DNA from: Candidatus Cloacimonadales bacterium
Lineage (GTDB): Bacteria; Cloacimonadota; Cloacimonadia; Cloacimonadales; JAIOQZ01
Reading direction: 5' to 3'
Assembly (NCBI GenBank): GCA_963662655.2
Contig: CAXXTU010000002.1
Coordinates: 1,376,001 to 1,440,000 of the forward strand
Length of the DNA stretch: 64,000 nucleotides
Shown here: piece by piece, positions 47,488 to 59,059 of the stretch
Layout: every line of letters starts with the position of its first letter
Position numbering within the stretch: position 1 is the first letter of the stretch
The notes under the pieces: generated by a model
Databases searched by the model: none
The model's input: the letters and a program-made list of their open reading frames with translations, nothing else
Told to the model about the DNA's origin: nothing
Program-made: the position numbers and the translations under genes

Positions 47488-47930
47488 TGTTTGATCGAAT
47501 CGCGGAAGATATCAAGAAAGCCATGCTTGCCAAAGACAAGCCGAGGCTGCTTGTCCTTCGGTCAATGAAAACCGATCTGATGAATCGCAAAATCGAGCTC
47601 ATCACAGATAAGCTGACCGACGAAGAAGCGCTGCTCGTGCTTCACAGGGCCGTCAAGGCTCGTGAACAGGCTATCGAGATGTTCCAGCAGGGAAACCGCA
47701 CCGATTTGGTTGAAAACGGAAGACGTGAAATTAAAATCATTCAGGAATACCTTCCTCGCAACTTCACACCCGAGGAAATCGAAAAGATCGTCGACGAAGT
47801 CTTCGAGACCGAGAAACCCGAGGGAATGAAGGACATGGGGAAAGTGATGAAAGCGGTTCTCGATAGAACCGGAACCCGCGCGGACGGCAAGATCGTTAGC
47901 TCGATCGTGCGCCAGAAACTCAATTCCTGA
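47487..47930 (+). CDS. GatB/YqeY domain protein
   Basis: D.KKAM.AKDK.RL..LR, F..G.R.DL..E, YLP, KDMGKVM, ADGK.VS..V. Confidence 0.93.
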   Translation: MFDRIAEDIKKAMLAKDKPRLLVLRSMKTDLMNRKIELITDKLTDEEALLVLHRAVKAREQAIEMFQQGNRTDLVENGRREIKIIQEYLPRNFTPEEIEKIVDEVFETEKPEGMKDMGKVMKAVLDRTGTRADGKIVSSIVRQKLNS

Positions 47931-47955
47931 TACGATTCGTTTTCAGTAATTTTTT

Positions 47956-47985
47956 GAAGGGAGTAATAAGCTCCCTTCTTTTTTT
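47956..47985 (+). terminator. Intrinsic terminator after rpsU-yqeY
   Basis: GAAGGGAG/CTCCCTTC stem followed by T7. Confidence 0.88.
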
Positions 47986-48043
47986 CTCATGAATGCTTTC
48001 GGTTCCATTGCATAGCTTGAGAGTGATCGAAATGACAATTTCC

Positions 48044-48205
48044 GTCACCCTGAGTGTCCAGACGTGTCGGGGGTGTCGAAGGATCGATCGATGTAGCGAA
48101 CATGACTGCGCTTCACAAAGTCACAACGATCGTATTTTCGTTTGGGCTTCGTAAAAGCCAGAAGTGTATGCTTCGATACGATGCTCGCGCATCACTCAGC
48201 ATGAC
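48044..48205. repeat. REP-like inverted-repeat element
   Basis: GTCACCCTGAGTG...GTGTCGAAGGA pairs with TGCTTCGATAC...CACTCAGCATGAC, with a side hairpin GATGC-TCGC-GCATC. Confidence 0.7.
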
Positions 48206-48273
48206 AACCAGGTTTTGCGATCTCGTGTACGATGCAAAGGCACCGGAACAAACAACAATTGCAAGGGTGAATC

Positions 48274-48789
48274 ATGACAGACATCATACTGGCGATCATA
48301 CTGATAGCATTGGGATTCTTCGGACTCCGCAAGGGTTTCATAGCGTCGATCATCCACTTTATCGGCTTCTTCGTCGCGTTCATTCTCATGATGCGCTATG
48401 CGCCCCTCTTGCAAGCTCTTCTGCTTAAGCACTTCGACATCAATCCGCTGGTTACGGGCATCATCGCTTACGTCACGCTGTTCATCATCGTAATGGTCAT
48501 AACCCGCATCCTCATCCTGCTCATGGAGAAGCTCATCGACCTCGCAATGCTCAAATTCGTTGACAGGCTGCTGGGCTTCACGCTCGGGCTGGCCATCGGA
48601 TTCTTCATAGTTTGCATGCTCTATACGGTGCTGTGGGCAACCCCGCTACAAGACTATATCATCGAGCTCGAATCGAAATCCGCCGTACTGAAGGCAGCCA
48701 GCGTTTTCTCGCGCGAGATGCGCCAGATCATAGGAAGCAAGCTGCCCTCGCCACCTGAAACGAACATTGAAAGCTGGACGCTACTATGA
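48274..48789 (+). CDS. cvpA: CvpA family membrane protein
   Basis: DII......G...G..KGFI, four TM helices, DRLLG..LG. Confidence 0.88.
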   Translation: MTDIILAIILIALGFFGLRKGFIASIIHFIGFFVAFILMMRYAPLLQALLLKHFDINPLVTGIIAYVTLFIIVMVITRILILLMEKLIDLAMLKFVDRLLGFTLGLAIGFFIVCMLYTVLWATPLQDYIIELESKSAVLKAASVFSREMRQIIGSKLPSPPETNIESWTLL

Positions 48790-51131
48790 ACATGCTCAAT
48801 CAACTCGAATACCATAAAATTATACAGCACATCATCGATGAATGCGGCTCGGACCCAGGCAAGCAAAAGGCTGCCGGGATCAAGCCGCTACAGGACATCG
48901 ATGCAATCCGGCACAAGCTCTCCTACGCCTCCCAGGTGCGCCAGGCGCTGAGCGACCGCGGAGAAGTGAACTTCGAACGCGTTACGGATATCACGCGCCT
49001 TATCGTCGATTACCCGCACCAGAGCTACAACTTCGATGAATTCGGCCGGATATGCGCCAACATCGAAGCCTCGGAACTGCTGATCGCCCACTCGCAGGAG
49101 ATGAACGAGGATGACTACCCGAGTCTCTTCAACGACCTCCGTTCCCTCACCCCCATGCCGGATGTCCTGGCAAGGTTCCATCAGATTTTCGATTCCGAAG
49201 GAGAAATCCTCGATACCGCTTCCCCCGAACTGCTCCGAATTCGTAAACGAAAGCGGCAGGTTCGCGGAGCGATCCAGTCGAAGCTCCAGAAATACATTGC
49301 TTCGCAGGGAGCGCACCTGACGGATTCCTTCGTCACGATGCGCGACAACCGCTATGTGATCCCCGTCCGCGAGGCGTCGGCCGGAAGCATCGACGGTCTC
49401 ATGCACGGACGCTCCGCCAGCCGTTCCACCGTTTTTATGGAGCCGGCTCCTGTGGTGCAGTTCAACAACGAGCTCAACACCCTCGAAGACGACGAGAAGG
49501 AAGAAATCTATCGCCTCCTAAAGGATTTTTCCGATCACATCAAGCTCTATAGCGAAACACTCCTGAAAGACCTCGGAACGCTGATCCAGCTCGATCTCTT
49601 CTACGGAATCGCTAAATTCTCCCGTCGCATCGACGCCCGGGCTCCCATCATCTCGGAAGAGCCGATCCTGAATCTCGTGAAGGCGCGTCACCCCCTTTTG
49701 ATATGTAGCATGGGAGACATCCGAAAGGTCATCCCCTTCGATCTCGAACTCGGGCAGGACTACCGGATCCTGGTAATCTCGGGTCCGAACACGGGAGGAA
49801 AGACGGTCACGCTTAAGAGCGCTGGACTTCTCTCGCTCATGGCCCTCTCGGGACTCCTCATTCCCGCAGAAGCTGAATCGGTCGTCGGCCTCTTCGATCA
49901 CGTCTTCGCGGACATCGGCGACGACCAGTCGCTGGAAAACGCGCTCAGCACCTTTTCCTCGCACATCAAGCGCATTCAGGAGATGCTGGACAACGCGACG
50001 GAGCGCACTCTGATCCTCATCGACGAGATCGGGGCGGCTACCGATCCCGAGCAAGGCTCCGCGCTGGCACAGGCGATTCTGGAAGTCCTCGAGAAACGGC
50101 ACTCGCTGTGCGTTATCACGACCCACTACACCGTGCTGAAGGTCCACGCCGAGCAGTCCGAATCCTGCCGCAACGCGGCCATGCACTTCGATCCCGACAA
50201 GCACGTTCCCACATATCGTTTCAAGCTCGGGTTACCGGGAAACAGCTTCGCCATCGAGGTCGCGTCCTCGCTTGGCCTGAGCCCGTCCCTCATCAAACGA
50301 GCCAAGGAACTTACGGGCAAGCAGAACGTCGAGCTCACGGAACTCCTGGTGAAAATGAACCACGAGAAGAAGGAGCTGGCCCGACAGAACTACCAGTCCT
50401 CTTTGCACAACAGCCTGCTTCAGAAGCGTATCGACGAGTACGAGCAAAAGCTTTCTCGCGTCGAAGAGGAAACAAAAGAGGTCAAGAAGCGTTCTATTCG
50501 TGAAGCCAGAGAGTATCTAATCCAGTTCCAGAAGGAATTGCAGAATGAAATGGCCGACCTGAAGAAGAGCGGGAAAGCGCAACGCAAGCAGAAGATTCAG
50601 GAGATCAGCAAGAGCGCCGACAAGATTCAGGTCGATCTGGCAAAGGAAGAATCGAAGCTGATCGACATCAAGGGCAAACAGCTCGAGAATCCGAAGATCG
50701 GCATGGAAGTGTGGGTGAAGGATTTCGATTCCCGCGGAATCGTCACCGAGATTTCCAGTAACCAAATCAAGGTTGATGTAAACGGTTTTTACTATACAAC
50801 CAGGTTATCCAACCTTTTTGTAATAGAAAAAAAGAAAGCGCAACAGACTTCGAGCGGGGTTTCTGTGGAAGCCTCGAACGCAAAGTCGGCGTCCCTGGAG
50901 CTCATGCTGCTGGGCATGACGTTCGATGAAGCGCTACCCAAGATCGAAGTGTTTCTGGACAACGCGTTGATGAATGGTTTGAATAAGGTACGAATCGTGC
51001 ATGGCAAAGGCACCGGAGCTCTGAGAGCGAAAGTGCGTCAGTACCTGCGCAAGAATAAAAAAGTCGTCGAATTCTACTCTCCTCCCTCGGAAGCGGGTGG
51101 AGACGGAGTGACGGTGGTAAGCTTTAATTAG
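48786..51131 (+). CDS. mutS2: Endonuclease MutS2
   Basis: R..RYVIPV, TVFMEP, ARHPLL, SGPNTGGKTV, DIGD.QS...LSTFSSH, DEIG.ATDP..G, TTHY, C-terminal Smr IVHGKGTG.LR. Confidence 0.96.
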   Translation: MNMLNQLEYHKIIQHIIDECGSDPGKQKAAGIKPLQDIDAIRHKLSYASQVRQALSDRGEVNFERVTDITRLIVDYPHQSYNFDEFGRICANIEASELLIAHSQEMNEDDYPSLFNDLRSLTPMPDVLARFHQIFDSEGEILDTASPELLRIRKRKRQVRGAIQSKLQKYIASQGAHLTDSFVTMRDNRYVIPVREASAGSIDGLMHGRSASRSTVFMEPAPVVQFNNELNTLEDDEKEEIYRLLKDFSDHIKLYSETLLKDLGTLIQLDLFYGIAKFSRRIDARAPIISEEPILNLVKARHPLLICSMGDIRKVIPFDLELGQDYRILVISGPNTGGKTVTLKSAGLLSLMALSGLLIPAEAESVVGLFDHVFADIGDDQSLENALSTFSSHIKRIQEMLDNATERTLILIDEIGAATDPEQGSALAQAILEVLEKRHSLCVITTHYTVLKVHAEQSESCRNAAMHFDPDKHVPTYRFKLGLPGNSFAIEVASSLGLSPSLIKRAKELTGKQNVELTELLVKMNHEKKELARQNYQSSLHNSLLQKRIDEYEQKLSRVEEETKEVKKRSIREAREYLIQFQKELQNEMADLKKSGKAQRKQKIQEISKSADKIQVDLAKEESKLIDIKGKQLENPKIGMEVWVKDFDSRGIVTEISSNQIKVDVNGFYYTTRLSNLFVIEKKKAQQTSSGVSVEASNAKSASLELMLLGMTFDEALPKIEVFLDNALMNGLNKVRIVHGKGTGALRAKVRQYLRKNKKVVEFYSPPSEAGGDGVTVVSFN

Positions 51132-51144
51132 TCCTGGAGGGAGA

Positions 51145-52866
51145 TTGATCGATCCTGCATTGATCGATGAAATACGCGAACGAAACAATATTGTCGAGGT
51201 GATCGGTAGCTACATACCGCTCAAGCGTGCCGGAAGCAATTTCAAGGCGCGCTGTCCCTTCCACGACGAGAAAACAGCCTCTTTCAACGTCAACGAGAAG
51301 AAGCAGATTTTCAAATGCTTCGGTTGCGGAAAGGGCGGAAACGTATTCACGTTCATCCAGGAATACGAGAAGGTTTCCTTCATCGAGGCAGTTACGCGGC
51401 TGGCGCAGCGCGTGGGAATTCAAATCGAGAAGAGCCACGCAGAATCGGATCAGCCCACCAAGCGGGACATCCTCTTGCAAATCTACCGCCAGGCTCTCGA
51501 TTTCTTCGTCCAGAATCTCAAGGAAAACGGAGAGACGGCTCGCCGGTACATGCTCGAGCGCGGTATCTCGGAAGAGATCATCGCGAAGTATGAGATTGGG
51601 CTGGCCCCAAACAGCTTCAACGCCTTGAAGGAGCATCTTCTGCGCAAGAAATTCGATACGCGAATTCTGCGCGAGAGCGGCCTTTTCAGCTTTGGGAACG
51701 GCGGCGAGGCGTTCGATTACTTCCGAAATCGCGTTATGTTCCCCATCCACAATATTCTCGGGAAGGTCGTGGCCTTCGGGGGACGCGTTATGCCGGGGGA
51801 TCCGAGCAAGGCCAAGTACATCAACTCCCCGGAGACTTCGCTCTACACCAAGGGGGATGAGCTTTTCGGCCTGTACCAGACCCGTTACGACGCCTCCAAG
51901 CTGAACCAGATCATCATCTGCGAAGGCTACACGGACTTCCTTCGTCTGGCGTCGAACGGAGTCGTCAACGCGGTTGCCTCGCTGGGAACGGCGCTGACCG
52001 AAAAACAGATATCCCTCGCGGGACGTTATACAAGTAATTTCGTAATGCTCTACGACGGTGACAACGCAGGTCGAAAGGCCTCCTTGCGAGCCGCGATGGA
52101 AATCCACAAGCGTGGCTTCAGCGCGCAGATTGCCAGTCTGCCCGATGAAGAAGACCCCGACACATTCCTGATGCGTCACAGCGTCGAAGAGCTAAGGCAA
52201 ATCGTCGAGAACGCGGTCTCGATGCCGCTGTTCATGAAACAAACCACATCGCTTGGATTGGAGGAGAAGGAAAAGATCGACATGTTGATCGAAGTTTTAG
52301 GCAATATTGAAGATCCCGTTGCGCAAGAGCTGCAGGCCAGAGACTTCGGCGAAGTCTTTGGGGTATCGACAAAGGCTTTACTATCGAAGATCAAGCCCAC
52401 ACATGGAGATTCCCGTCAGGAAGTGAGAGACGGCCCCGATTTACATCGTTACTCAGAGGAACGGTTATTACTGAAGTTAATGTTGGATGAAAGAATTTTA
52501 TGCGAAAAAGTTTGCGAAGAGATTGATCCAGACTATTTTTTCACTAATGAGTATCGGTATATCTTTGAGAAATTATGTGTATGTGTCGCAGAAATGAAGA
52601 AAACAGAATCGATAATCGAAATGATTGATAATGAAGAAATTCGCAACATGCTATCTGAGATGATGATGGAAGACACACCGGATGTACCGGTTGAAGAAAT
52701 TACAGCTCAGTTACTTACACGCAAGCATTTGCGAGAGTTAAAATCCCTTGAAGAAAAAATTTCGAAAGATATTGACAACATAGAGCTTATACAGAAAAAA
52801 GAAAAGATTAAGAAACGAATTCGACAGCTTGGGAAGAGTGTCGTTTTCAGAACACCTTTTGATTAG
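51145..52866 (+). CDS. dnaG: DNA primase
   Basis: [46 protein letters not shown]. Confidence 0.97.
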   Translation: MIDPALIDEIRERNNIVEVIGSYIPLKRAGSNFKARCPFHDEKTASFNVNEKKQIFKCFGCGKGGNVFTFIQEYEKVSFIEAVTRLAQRVGIQIEKSHAESDQPTKRDILLQIYRQALDFFVQNLKENGETARRYMLERGISEEIIAKYEIGLAPNSFNALKEHLLRKKFDTRILRESGLFSFGNGGEAFDYFRNRVMFPIHNILGKVVAFGGRVMPGDPSKAKYINSPETSLYTKGDELFGLYQTRYDASKLNQIIICEGYTDFLRLASNGVVNAVASLGTALTEKQISLAGRYTSNFVMLYDGDNAGRKASLRAAMEIHKRGFSAQIASLPDEEDPDTFLMRHSVEELRQIVENAVSMPLFMKQTTSLGLEEKEKIDMLIEVLGNIEDPVAQELQARDFGEVFGVSTKALLSKIKPTHGDSRQEVRDGPDLHRYSEERLLLKLMLDERILCEKVCEEIDPDYFFTNEYRYIFEKLCVCVAEMKKTESIIEMIDNEEIRNMLSEMMMEDTPDVPVEEITAQLLTRKHLRELKSLEEKISKDIDNIELIQKKEKIKKRIRQLGKSVVFRTPFD

Positions 52867-52889
52867 AACATGGATTCTACGGAGTGTTC

Positions 52890-54635
52890 ATGCGAAGTTA
52901 TAATGATTGTTTACAAAAGCTTATTGATTTAGGTAAGAAGAACAGTTATCTGACATTCAAGCAGATAAATGATATTCTGCCCAACAGTCCGTTGTTCCTC
53001 GACAAGATCGACGACCTCATCACGGATCTGACCAGTGAAGGCATCGAAATTATCGACGAAACGCAACGTAAGGTTTCCAAAAAAACGCTTACGGTCAAGA
53101 AACAACAGACCAAGAAATTCAAGAACAGACGCTATTACGACGACCCCGTCAGGATGTACCTGAAGGAAATGGGACGCGTTCCGCTCTTGGACCGTGAAGG
53201 TGAAATTCGCATCGCGAAGAAGATCGAAAGCGGCCAGAAGTGGATCAATCGTTACGTGTTCATGTCGGGAAGCTCCCTGCGCGAAATGTACAACTTCCTG
53301 CATCGTTTCAAGGAACGACGCATCCGCATCGACCAGCTTTTCCGCATCGATTTCGGTAGCTATATCGATAAATCGCAGGACGAGCAGTTGATCAAGATGT
53401 TCTCCGAGGCGATCAAGAAGTCGGAACCGATCTACGATGAAATCGGCGCAATGCTCGATACTGCCGAGTTCGACGACCTTGGCAACATCGCGGATCAGGC
53501 TCTGCAAGAAATCATCGACGAGAAACGTAAAGTGCTCATCGAGATTTTCGCTCCGATCCCCTTCAACGACAAGTTCATCAAGCGCCTGGTCTACCGCATC
53601 AAGAGCCTGGTGGATCGTATCAAAGAAAGCAAGCGCTCCATCGGGAAGCTATCCCGCATCAAGCGCTACTCTCTCGAAGAAATCTGCGCCTACGGGCGCC
53701 GCGCCAAGAAATCCGACGAGGACTTCGACGAAGTACAGAAAGAGACGAACATCGATCCGACCGTATTCGTGGAGACCCTGCGCAAGATAAAGAACGCTCG
53801 GCGTAAAATCCGTCGCGTTGAGATCGAAACCCGCATGGGCGGCGAAGAGATGATCTTCCTCATGAAGGAAATCGAACGCGGCGAGAAGATGAAAGACACC
53901 GCCAAGAACGAGATGATCGAAGCGAACGTCCGTCTGGTCATCAGTATCGCGAAGCGGTACAACAACCGCGGACTCGACTTCCTCGACCTCATTCAGGAAG
54001 GCAACACCGGCCTGATGAAGGCCGTGGACAAATACGATTACAAGAAGGGTTATAAATTCAGCACCTACGCCACCTGGTGGATCCGTCAGGCCATTACGCG
54101 CGCCATCGCCGACCAGGCGAGAACCATCCGCGTTCCGGTTCACATGATCGAATCCATCAACAAGGTGAACCGGATGAGCCGCCGCCTCGTACAGAAACTA
54201 GGCCGCGATCCCTACCCGGAAGAACTCGCAGACGCGCTGGATATACCTGTCGACAAGGTGAAGAGCGTCCTCTCGATCTCCAAGGAACCCGTCTCGCTCG
54301 ACAAACCCATCGGTAACGACAGCGAAGACAGCCTCCTCGGCGACTTCATCGAAGATAAATCGACCATCTCGCCGGAGCGCATGGCCGAGCGTACCCTGCT
54401 CAAGAAGCAGGTGGACGATGTCCTCAGCACGCTGACCACCCGTGAAGAACGCGTGATCCGCCTTCGCTTCGGTATCGACGACGGCTACCACCGTACGCTG
54501 GAGGAAGTCGGCAACATCTTCAACGTCACTCGTGAACGCATCCGCCAGATCGAGGACAAAGCGCTGAAGAAACTGCGCCACCCCACGCGCAGCACCGCTC
54601 TCATGGAGCTGTACGAGAACTTCAACATCAAGTAA
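52890..54635 (+). CDS. rpoD: RNA polymerase primary sigma factor
   Basis: [64 protein letters not shown]. Confidence 0.97.
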   Translation: MRSYNDCLQKLIDLGKKNSYLTFKQINDILPNSPLFLDKIDDLITDLTSEGIEIIDETQRKVSKKTLTVKKQQTKKFKNRRYYDDPVRMYLKEMGRVPLLDREGEIRIAKKIESGQKWINRYVFMSGSSLREMYNFLHRFKERRIRIDQLFRIDFGSYIDKSQDEQLIKMFSEAIKKSEPIYDEIGAMLDTAEFDDLGNIADQALQEIIDEKRKVLIEIFAPIPFNDKFIKRLVYRIKSLVDRIKESKRSIGKLSRIKRYSLEEICAYGRRAKKSDEDFDEVQKETNIDPTVFVETLRKIKNARRKIRRVEIETRMGGEEMIFLMKEIERGEKMKDTAKNEMIEANVRLVISIAKRYNNRGLDFLDLIQEGNTGLMKAVDKYDYKKGYKFSTYATWWIRQAITRAIADQARTIRVPVHMIESINKVNRMSRRLVQKLGRDPYPEELADALDIPVDKVKSVLSISKEPVSLDKPIGNDSEDSLLGDFIEDKSTISPERMAERTLLKKQVDDVLSTLTTREERVIRLRFGIDDGYHRTLEEVGNIFNVTRERIRQIEDKALKKLRHPTRSTALMELYENFNIK

Positions 54636-54654
54636 ATCCGAAAGAATGATATTG

Positions 54655-54690
54655 GCCGGTGTTTCTGAAAAAGTTTCACCGGCTTTTTTT
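54655..54690 (+). terminator. Intrinsic terminator after rpoD
   Basis: GCCGGTG/CACCGGC stem followed by T7. Confidence 0.8.
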
Positions 54691-54846
54691 ATTCGTTTTT
54701 TTTTCGTGAATTGTCCTGATCAGTATTGTCGGGTTTGCAATCCAGAAATTCGTCTTCACACAGAGTTGTCTTGATTTTCACTCCACCGTGAATTTGTACT
54801 TGACACAGAAATGCGATATTTTAAGGATACGTTTCATGCATTATCA

Positions 54847-54923
54847 GGGCCTATAGCTCAGTTTGGTAGAGCTCCCGGCTCATAACCGGGCGGTCAGAGG
54901 TTCGACTCCTCTTGGGCCCACCA
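54847..54923 (+). tRNA. tRNA with CAT anticodon, probably tRNA-Ile2 (lysidine)
   Basis: GGGCCTATAGCTCAG...CCCGG-CTCATAA-CCGGG...GGTTCGACTCC...GGGCCCACCA; G1-C72 paired so not an initiator; Ile-like acceptor stem; lies downstream of rpoD like ileX. Confidence 0.93.
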
Positions 54924-55178
54924 TTTTTTTCCTTCACCGTGTAACAATCACCTTGTTTGCGATTAAAAGCGCTTGCCTCAACCCAGCATAATACCATTCG
55001 TTTTTTTTGTATTGCAACCGATATTAACAGCCACGATAGAATTTTGTTGACAGCCAACAATGAATCAGTATAGTTAATATTGTTAGTTGATTTTTAACCC
55101 ATCGTACGAATGTAGTAATTGAGTAAAATTGCCGGAAACTGCCAACCGCGTAACGCCACTGTAGCGAGAATAACTGCG

Positions 55179-58100
55179 ATGAAACAACAAAGATATAGCT
55201 ATGCTCAAAAGCTGGCTGTCGATTCATCAAGCGCCATTGTCTACAGATTGAGTCAATCTTTTGCTTTGGCCGCTGCGCTGATTGGAGCCTTGGAATTAGT
55301 AGGCTGGATATGTAAAACCGATTGGTTGATATCCCTAGCATCCAGCTATATTCCCATGGCGCCGATTACTGGAATTTACTTCATTCTCTATGGGCTTTGC
55401 TTGACCTTTACAAGGAACAGATACGGGAATGCGGTACGTCAATCCGTAAAATACCTGCTAATATTCCTCACAATATTTTCATTCCTGCTGTTCATTGCCT
55501 CTCTGTTGAAGATTACATCAAACATCGAGCACCTCGGCATCGATCTGCATGAGATGTCAAATGATTGGAGGGTTGGGCACATGTCCGCCCTCACGGCCAT
55601 CTGCTTTGCTGTTATCGGCATATCAGGCATACTCTCCATGTCGAGAAGACTCATCTCGAATAAGCTGGCCTTCTTCGGAACAATCTCTGTCAACTTGTGC
55701 AGCCTGACTTTCATTTTCGCATACATATTGGGCGCCCCAGTAATGTATGAAAGCGGTGTCAAACTCCCCGCGCTATCGACATCGATTGCTTTGACCCTGC
55801 TCGGGCTCTCCGTGTTCATCAGAAGCCTGCGAAAAATAGCTCCAAACCTCTTAAGCAGGAGGTTTTTAGCGCCGGCAAGCTTCATTGCGGCCCTGATCAC
55901 GGTTGCAGTTATCGTGAGCTCGATCTACCTCCGCGAGTATCGAGACATGTTTCTTCGCAATGTCAATGAGCAACTGAAGTCCATCACCGAACTCAAGAAT
56001 GATGAGCTGCTAAGCTGGCGCAGCGAAAGGATGGGAGACGCTTCCGTCTACCTGCACAACACAACGTTTGTTAATATAATTCAATCCTACATCCGAAACC
56101 CCAATAATCCCGAGCTCAAGGAATCGATCATCTTGAGCCTGGAGCTCGAGAGAGTCTCTCATTTCTACGATCACATCACCCTCCTGGATAGCGCTTTTGC
56201 GCCAATGCTTTCCGCTCCCAATTCCAAAAACGATATCTCACCGGAGGTTATAAAGCACGCGAAGATTGCAATCGACCGCAACGAAGTCGTCTTTGTCGAC
56301 TTCTTCCAGAATTTAACAAACGATCTGGAGCTCGCGGTTATTACTCCGTTCTATTGGGACGTCAACCCCAAGTCGCCAGCAGCAGTCATGTACATGTCGG
56401 TCAATCCGGTTATGCAACTCCTGCCATACTTCGAGCAATGGCCAAGTCCGTTTGAATCAGCGAAACTCAACTTGCTAAAGGTTATTGACGATACGGCATA
56501 TCAAATTGAGAGAGCCCACTCAGATTCAGCGGATGTTAATGATAGCTATCATTTGAGGAAAATTGATTGCCACAACCCAAAACACATAGGCCGCAAGCTT
56601 CTTGAAGCAAAACGAGGCTTTCTCGAAGGCAATCTCTGCGACGGTACACGAGTCAGCGCGTACGCTGCCGACATAGGGAACACCGGATGGACGATTCTGG
56701 CCACAATTGAAATGAAAGAAATCTATCACCCGATCCGAGTGCGTTTGTGGAGCATTATCGCGGTTCAGATATTTATCCTCCTGGCCTCCGCCATTTTAAT
56801 AGAAAGCTCATGGAGAAAGCAGCGCAATTCAATCATGGCAAAACAGATAGAAGCCCAGGAAGCCCTCATCGAGGAAGAGGAGAAATACAGGAAGACGGTC
56901 AACTCGCTCCACGAAGGCCTGCAGATTATCGATCAGGACTGGCGTTACGTATACATGAATTCCGCTGCCGCCGAGCACGGAAGGTTGGATATATCGGAGC
57001 TCATCGGCAATTCGATGATTGAGTTATTTCCTGGAATAGATAAAACGCCTTTATTCAGGCGTTTAAAGGCATGTCGCAAAACCGGAAAACCCGACAGCTT
57101 CGAGAACCTCTTCGTTTACCCCGACGGTACAAGCAGATGGTATCACCTGAGCGTCCAGCCATCCGATCAGGGCCTGATCATCCTCTCTACCGACATCGAA
57201 GACAGAAAGCAAGCCGAACTGCGCGTTGAGCACTTGAACAAAGTGCTGCGCTCCATCCGGGACGTGAACCAGCTCATCGTTCACGAGACCGACAGGAACA
57301 CCCTCCTCCAAAAAGCCTGCGACCTCATGATCCAGAATCAGAGCTACCAGGTGGCCTTCATTGTTCAAACCAATGAAAATAACGAACCGCAAACATGGTT
57401 CAAAGCGGGTTACATACAACACCTGGACTCCCTCATCGACATGCTGTTGACGAGCCAGTTGCCGCATTGCTATAGTAAAGCAATCGGTATGAACGACATC
57501 CTTGCAGTTAAAATCCCTGCCGAGGACTGCCGGTTCTGTCCGCTTTCTCCCACGTACGACGGTTATCAGGCGTTGTTTGTTAAACTGTCCCATAGAGGCA
57601 ATCCGTTTGGAATCCTGCATGTGGTCATGGGCAAAGGTATCAAGGCTGATTTTGAGGAACGAATGCTGCTGAAGGAACTCGCTGAAGACATATCGTACGC
57701 ACTCAGCACGATCCGGAATATCGAGCACCGGAAAAACCTCGAGAAGCAGCTCCAGCAGTCACGAAAACTCGAAGCCATCGGAAGGCTTGCCGGCGGCGTG
57801 GCCCACGACTTCAACAACATGCTCCAGACAATCATTGGCTACTCCGAAATCTTGCTCCAGGATTCCGGCCTCTCACGCACCCAGACTGAGTACGTCGAGG
57901 AGATACAGAAGGCCGGAAAACGTTCTGCGGAATTGACCTACCAGCTCCTGGCATTCTCCAGAAAACAAACCATCGAGCCCAAAATCATCGACATCAACAG
58001 GATGATCCGCGAGCTGCATAAAATGCTTCGTAGGTTGATCGGTGAAGATATCGAACTCAACTGGCATCCCGGCGACAGCATACCGGCAATCAAAATGGAC

Positions 58101-58886
58101 GAAGCCCAGCTCAATCAAATCCTCATCAATCTCGTCGTCAACGCACGTGACGCCATTGTTAATACCGGCATCATTACCATTGAAACAGCAGTGCAAGTCC
58201 TTGAGAACGATGAAAGGCTTGGGAAAATGGAGCTGAAGCAAGGGGAGTACGTTATTCTCTCGGTCAGCGATACGGGCTCGGGAATCGAAAAGGACAATAT
58301 CGATAAAATCTTCGAACCCTTCTTCACAACGAAAGAACCGGGAAAAGGCACCGGCCTCGGCCTTTCCACGATCTACGGTATCGTCAAACAAAACTACGGC
58401 AGCATAAACGTCTATAGCGAACCCGAAGAAGGCACAACCTTTAGAATCTATTTCCCTGCCTACAAGGAACAGTTTGAAGACGACTTGCACTTCATGAAAA
58501 TCTCCCCACCTAAAGGAGTTGAAACAATCTTGCTGGTCGAAGACGAGAAATCACTCATCAAACTCACCGAAAGACAACTCAGAAAACTGGGATATGAAGT
58601 AATCGCATGCAATTCTCCGGAAATGGCCCTGGATAAAATCAAAGGAATTCAGAAGTTGGACCTGCTCATTACGGACGTCATTATGCCCGGAATGAGCGGA
58701 AAAGACCTGTGGGAAAAACTCCGTACTCAATTACCCGACTTGAATTGCCTCTTCATGTCCGGGTACACTGCCAACGTTATTACGCACCACGGGGTCCTCG
58801 ATGCCGGTATTCACTTCATCTCAAAACCTTTCACAATCAAAGATATCTCCCTGAAAATCAGGGAAATCCTCGAAGGCAAACCATAG
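55179..58886 (+). CDS. Membrane-bound hybrid sensor histidine kinase (PAS, GAF, HisKA, HATPase, REC)
   Basis: Multiple TM helices; [47 protein letters not shown]...TDVIMPGM; start uncertain. Confidence 0.94.
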   Translation: MKQQRYSYAQKLAVDSSSAIVYRLSQSFALAAALIGALELVGWICKTDWLISLASSYIPMAPITGIYFILYGLCLTFTRNRYGNAVRQSVKYLLIFLTIFSFLLFIASLLKITSNIEHLGIDLHEMSNDWRVGHMSALTAICFAVIGISGILSMSRRLISNKLAFFGTISVNLCSLTFIFAYILGAPVMYESGVKLPALSTSIALTLLGLSVFIRSLRKIAPNLLSRRFLAPASFIAALITVAVIVSSIYLREYRDMFLRNVNEQLKSITELKNDELLSWRSERMGDASVYLHNTTFVNIIQSYIRNPNNPELKESIILSLELERVSHFYDHITLLDSAFAPMLSAPNSKNDISPEVIKHAKIAIDRNEVVFVDFFQNLTNDLELAVITPFYWDVNPKSPAAVMYMSVNPVMQLLPYFEQWPSPFESAKLNLLKVIDDTAYQIERAHSDSADVNDSYHLRKIDCHNPKHIGRKLLEAKRGFLEGNLCDGTRVSAYAADIGNTGWTILATIEMKEIYHPIRVRLWSIIAVQIFILLASAILIESSWRKQRNSIMAKQIEAQEALIEEEEKYRKTVNSLHEGLQIIDQDWRYVYMNSAAAEHGRLDISELIGNSMIELFPGIDKTPLFRRLKACRKTGKPDSFENLFVYPDGTSRWYHLSVQPSDQGLIILSTDIEDRKQAELRVEHLNKVLRSIRDVNQLIVHETDRNTLLQKACDLMIQNQSYQVAFIVQTNENNEPQTWFKAGYIQHLDSLIDMLLTSQLPHCYSKAIGMNDILAVKIPAEDCRFCPLSPTYDGYQALFVKLSHRGNPFGILHVVMGKGIKADFEERMLLKELAEDISYALSTIRNIEHRKNLEKQLQQSRKLEAIGRLAGGVAHDFNNMLQTIIGYSEILLQDSGLSRTQTEYVEEIQKAGKRSAELTYQLLAFSRKQTIEPKIIDINRMIRELHKMLRRLIGEDIELNWHPGDSIPAIKMDEAQLNQILINLVVNARDAIVNTGIITIETAVQVLENDERLGKMELKQGEYVILSVSDTGSGIEKDNIDKIFEPFFTTKEPGKGTGLGLSTIYGIVKQNYGSINVYSEPEEGTTFRIYFPAYKEQFEDDLHFMKISPPKGVETILLVEDEKSLIKLTERQLRKLGYEVIACNSPEMALDKIKGIQKLDLLITDVIMPGMSGKDLWEKLRTQLPDLNCLFMSGYTANVITHHGVLDAGIHFISKPFTIKDISLKIREILEGKP

Positions 58887-58947
58887 TCATTCCCCCGTCT
58901 TTAAATGCTCATCGAGTCGTAAACAGATTCGTTCGATCGTGAGCGGA

Positions 58948-59013
58948 ATCGTGGTGTTTCACACCCTTGCCACTTTATCCCCTTTTCCTGCAAGGGTGTG
59001 GTATATCCACGAT
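58948..59013. repeat. Long interrupted hairpin between convergent genes
   Basis: ATCGTGG..CACACCCTTGC-N19-GCAAGGGTGTG..CCACGAT. Confidence 0.6.
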
Positions 59014-59059
59014 GAAGCGAGGGATCGGGCGAAGATGCCACGACGGTATGCGATAACCT

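Noticed and set aside
47284..54923. rpsU-yqeY-cvpA-mutS2-dnaG-rpoD-tRNA arrangement as novel
   Set aside because: A variant of the well-known macromolecular synthesis operon
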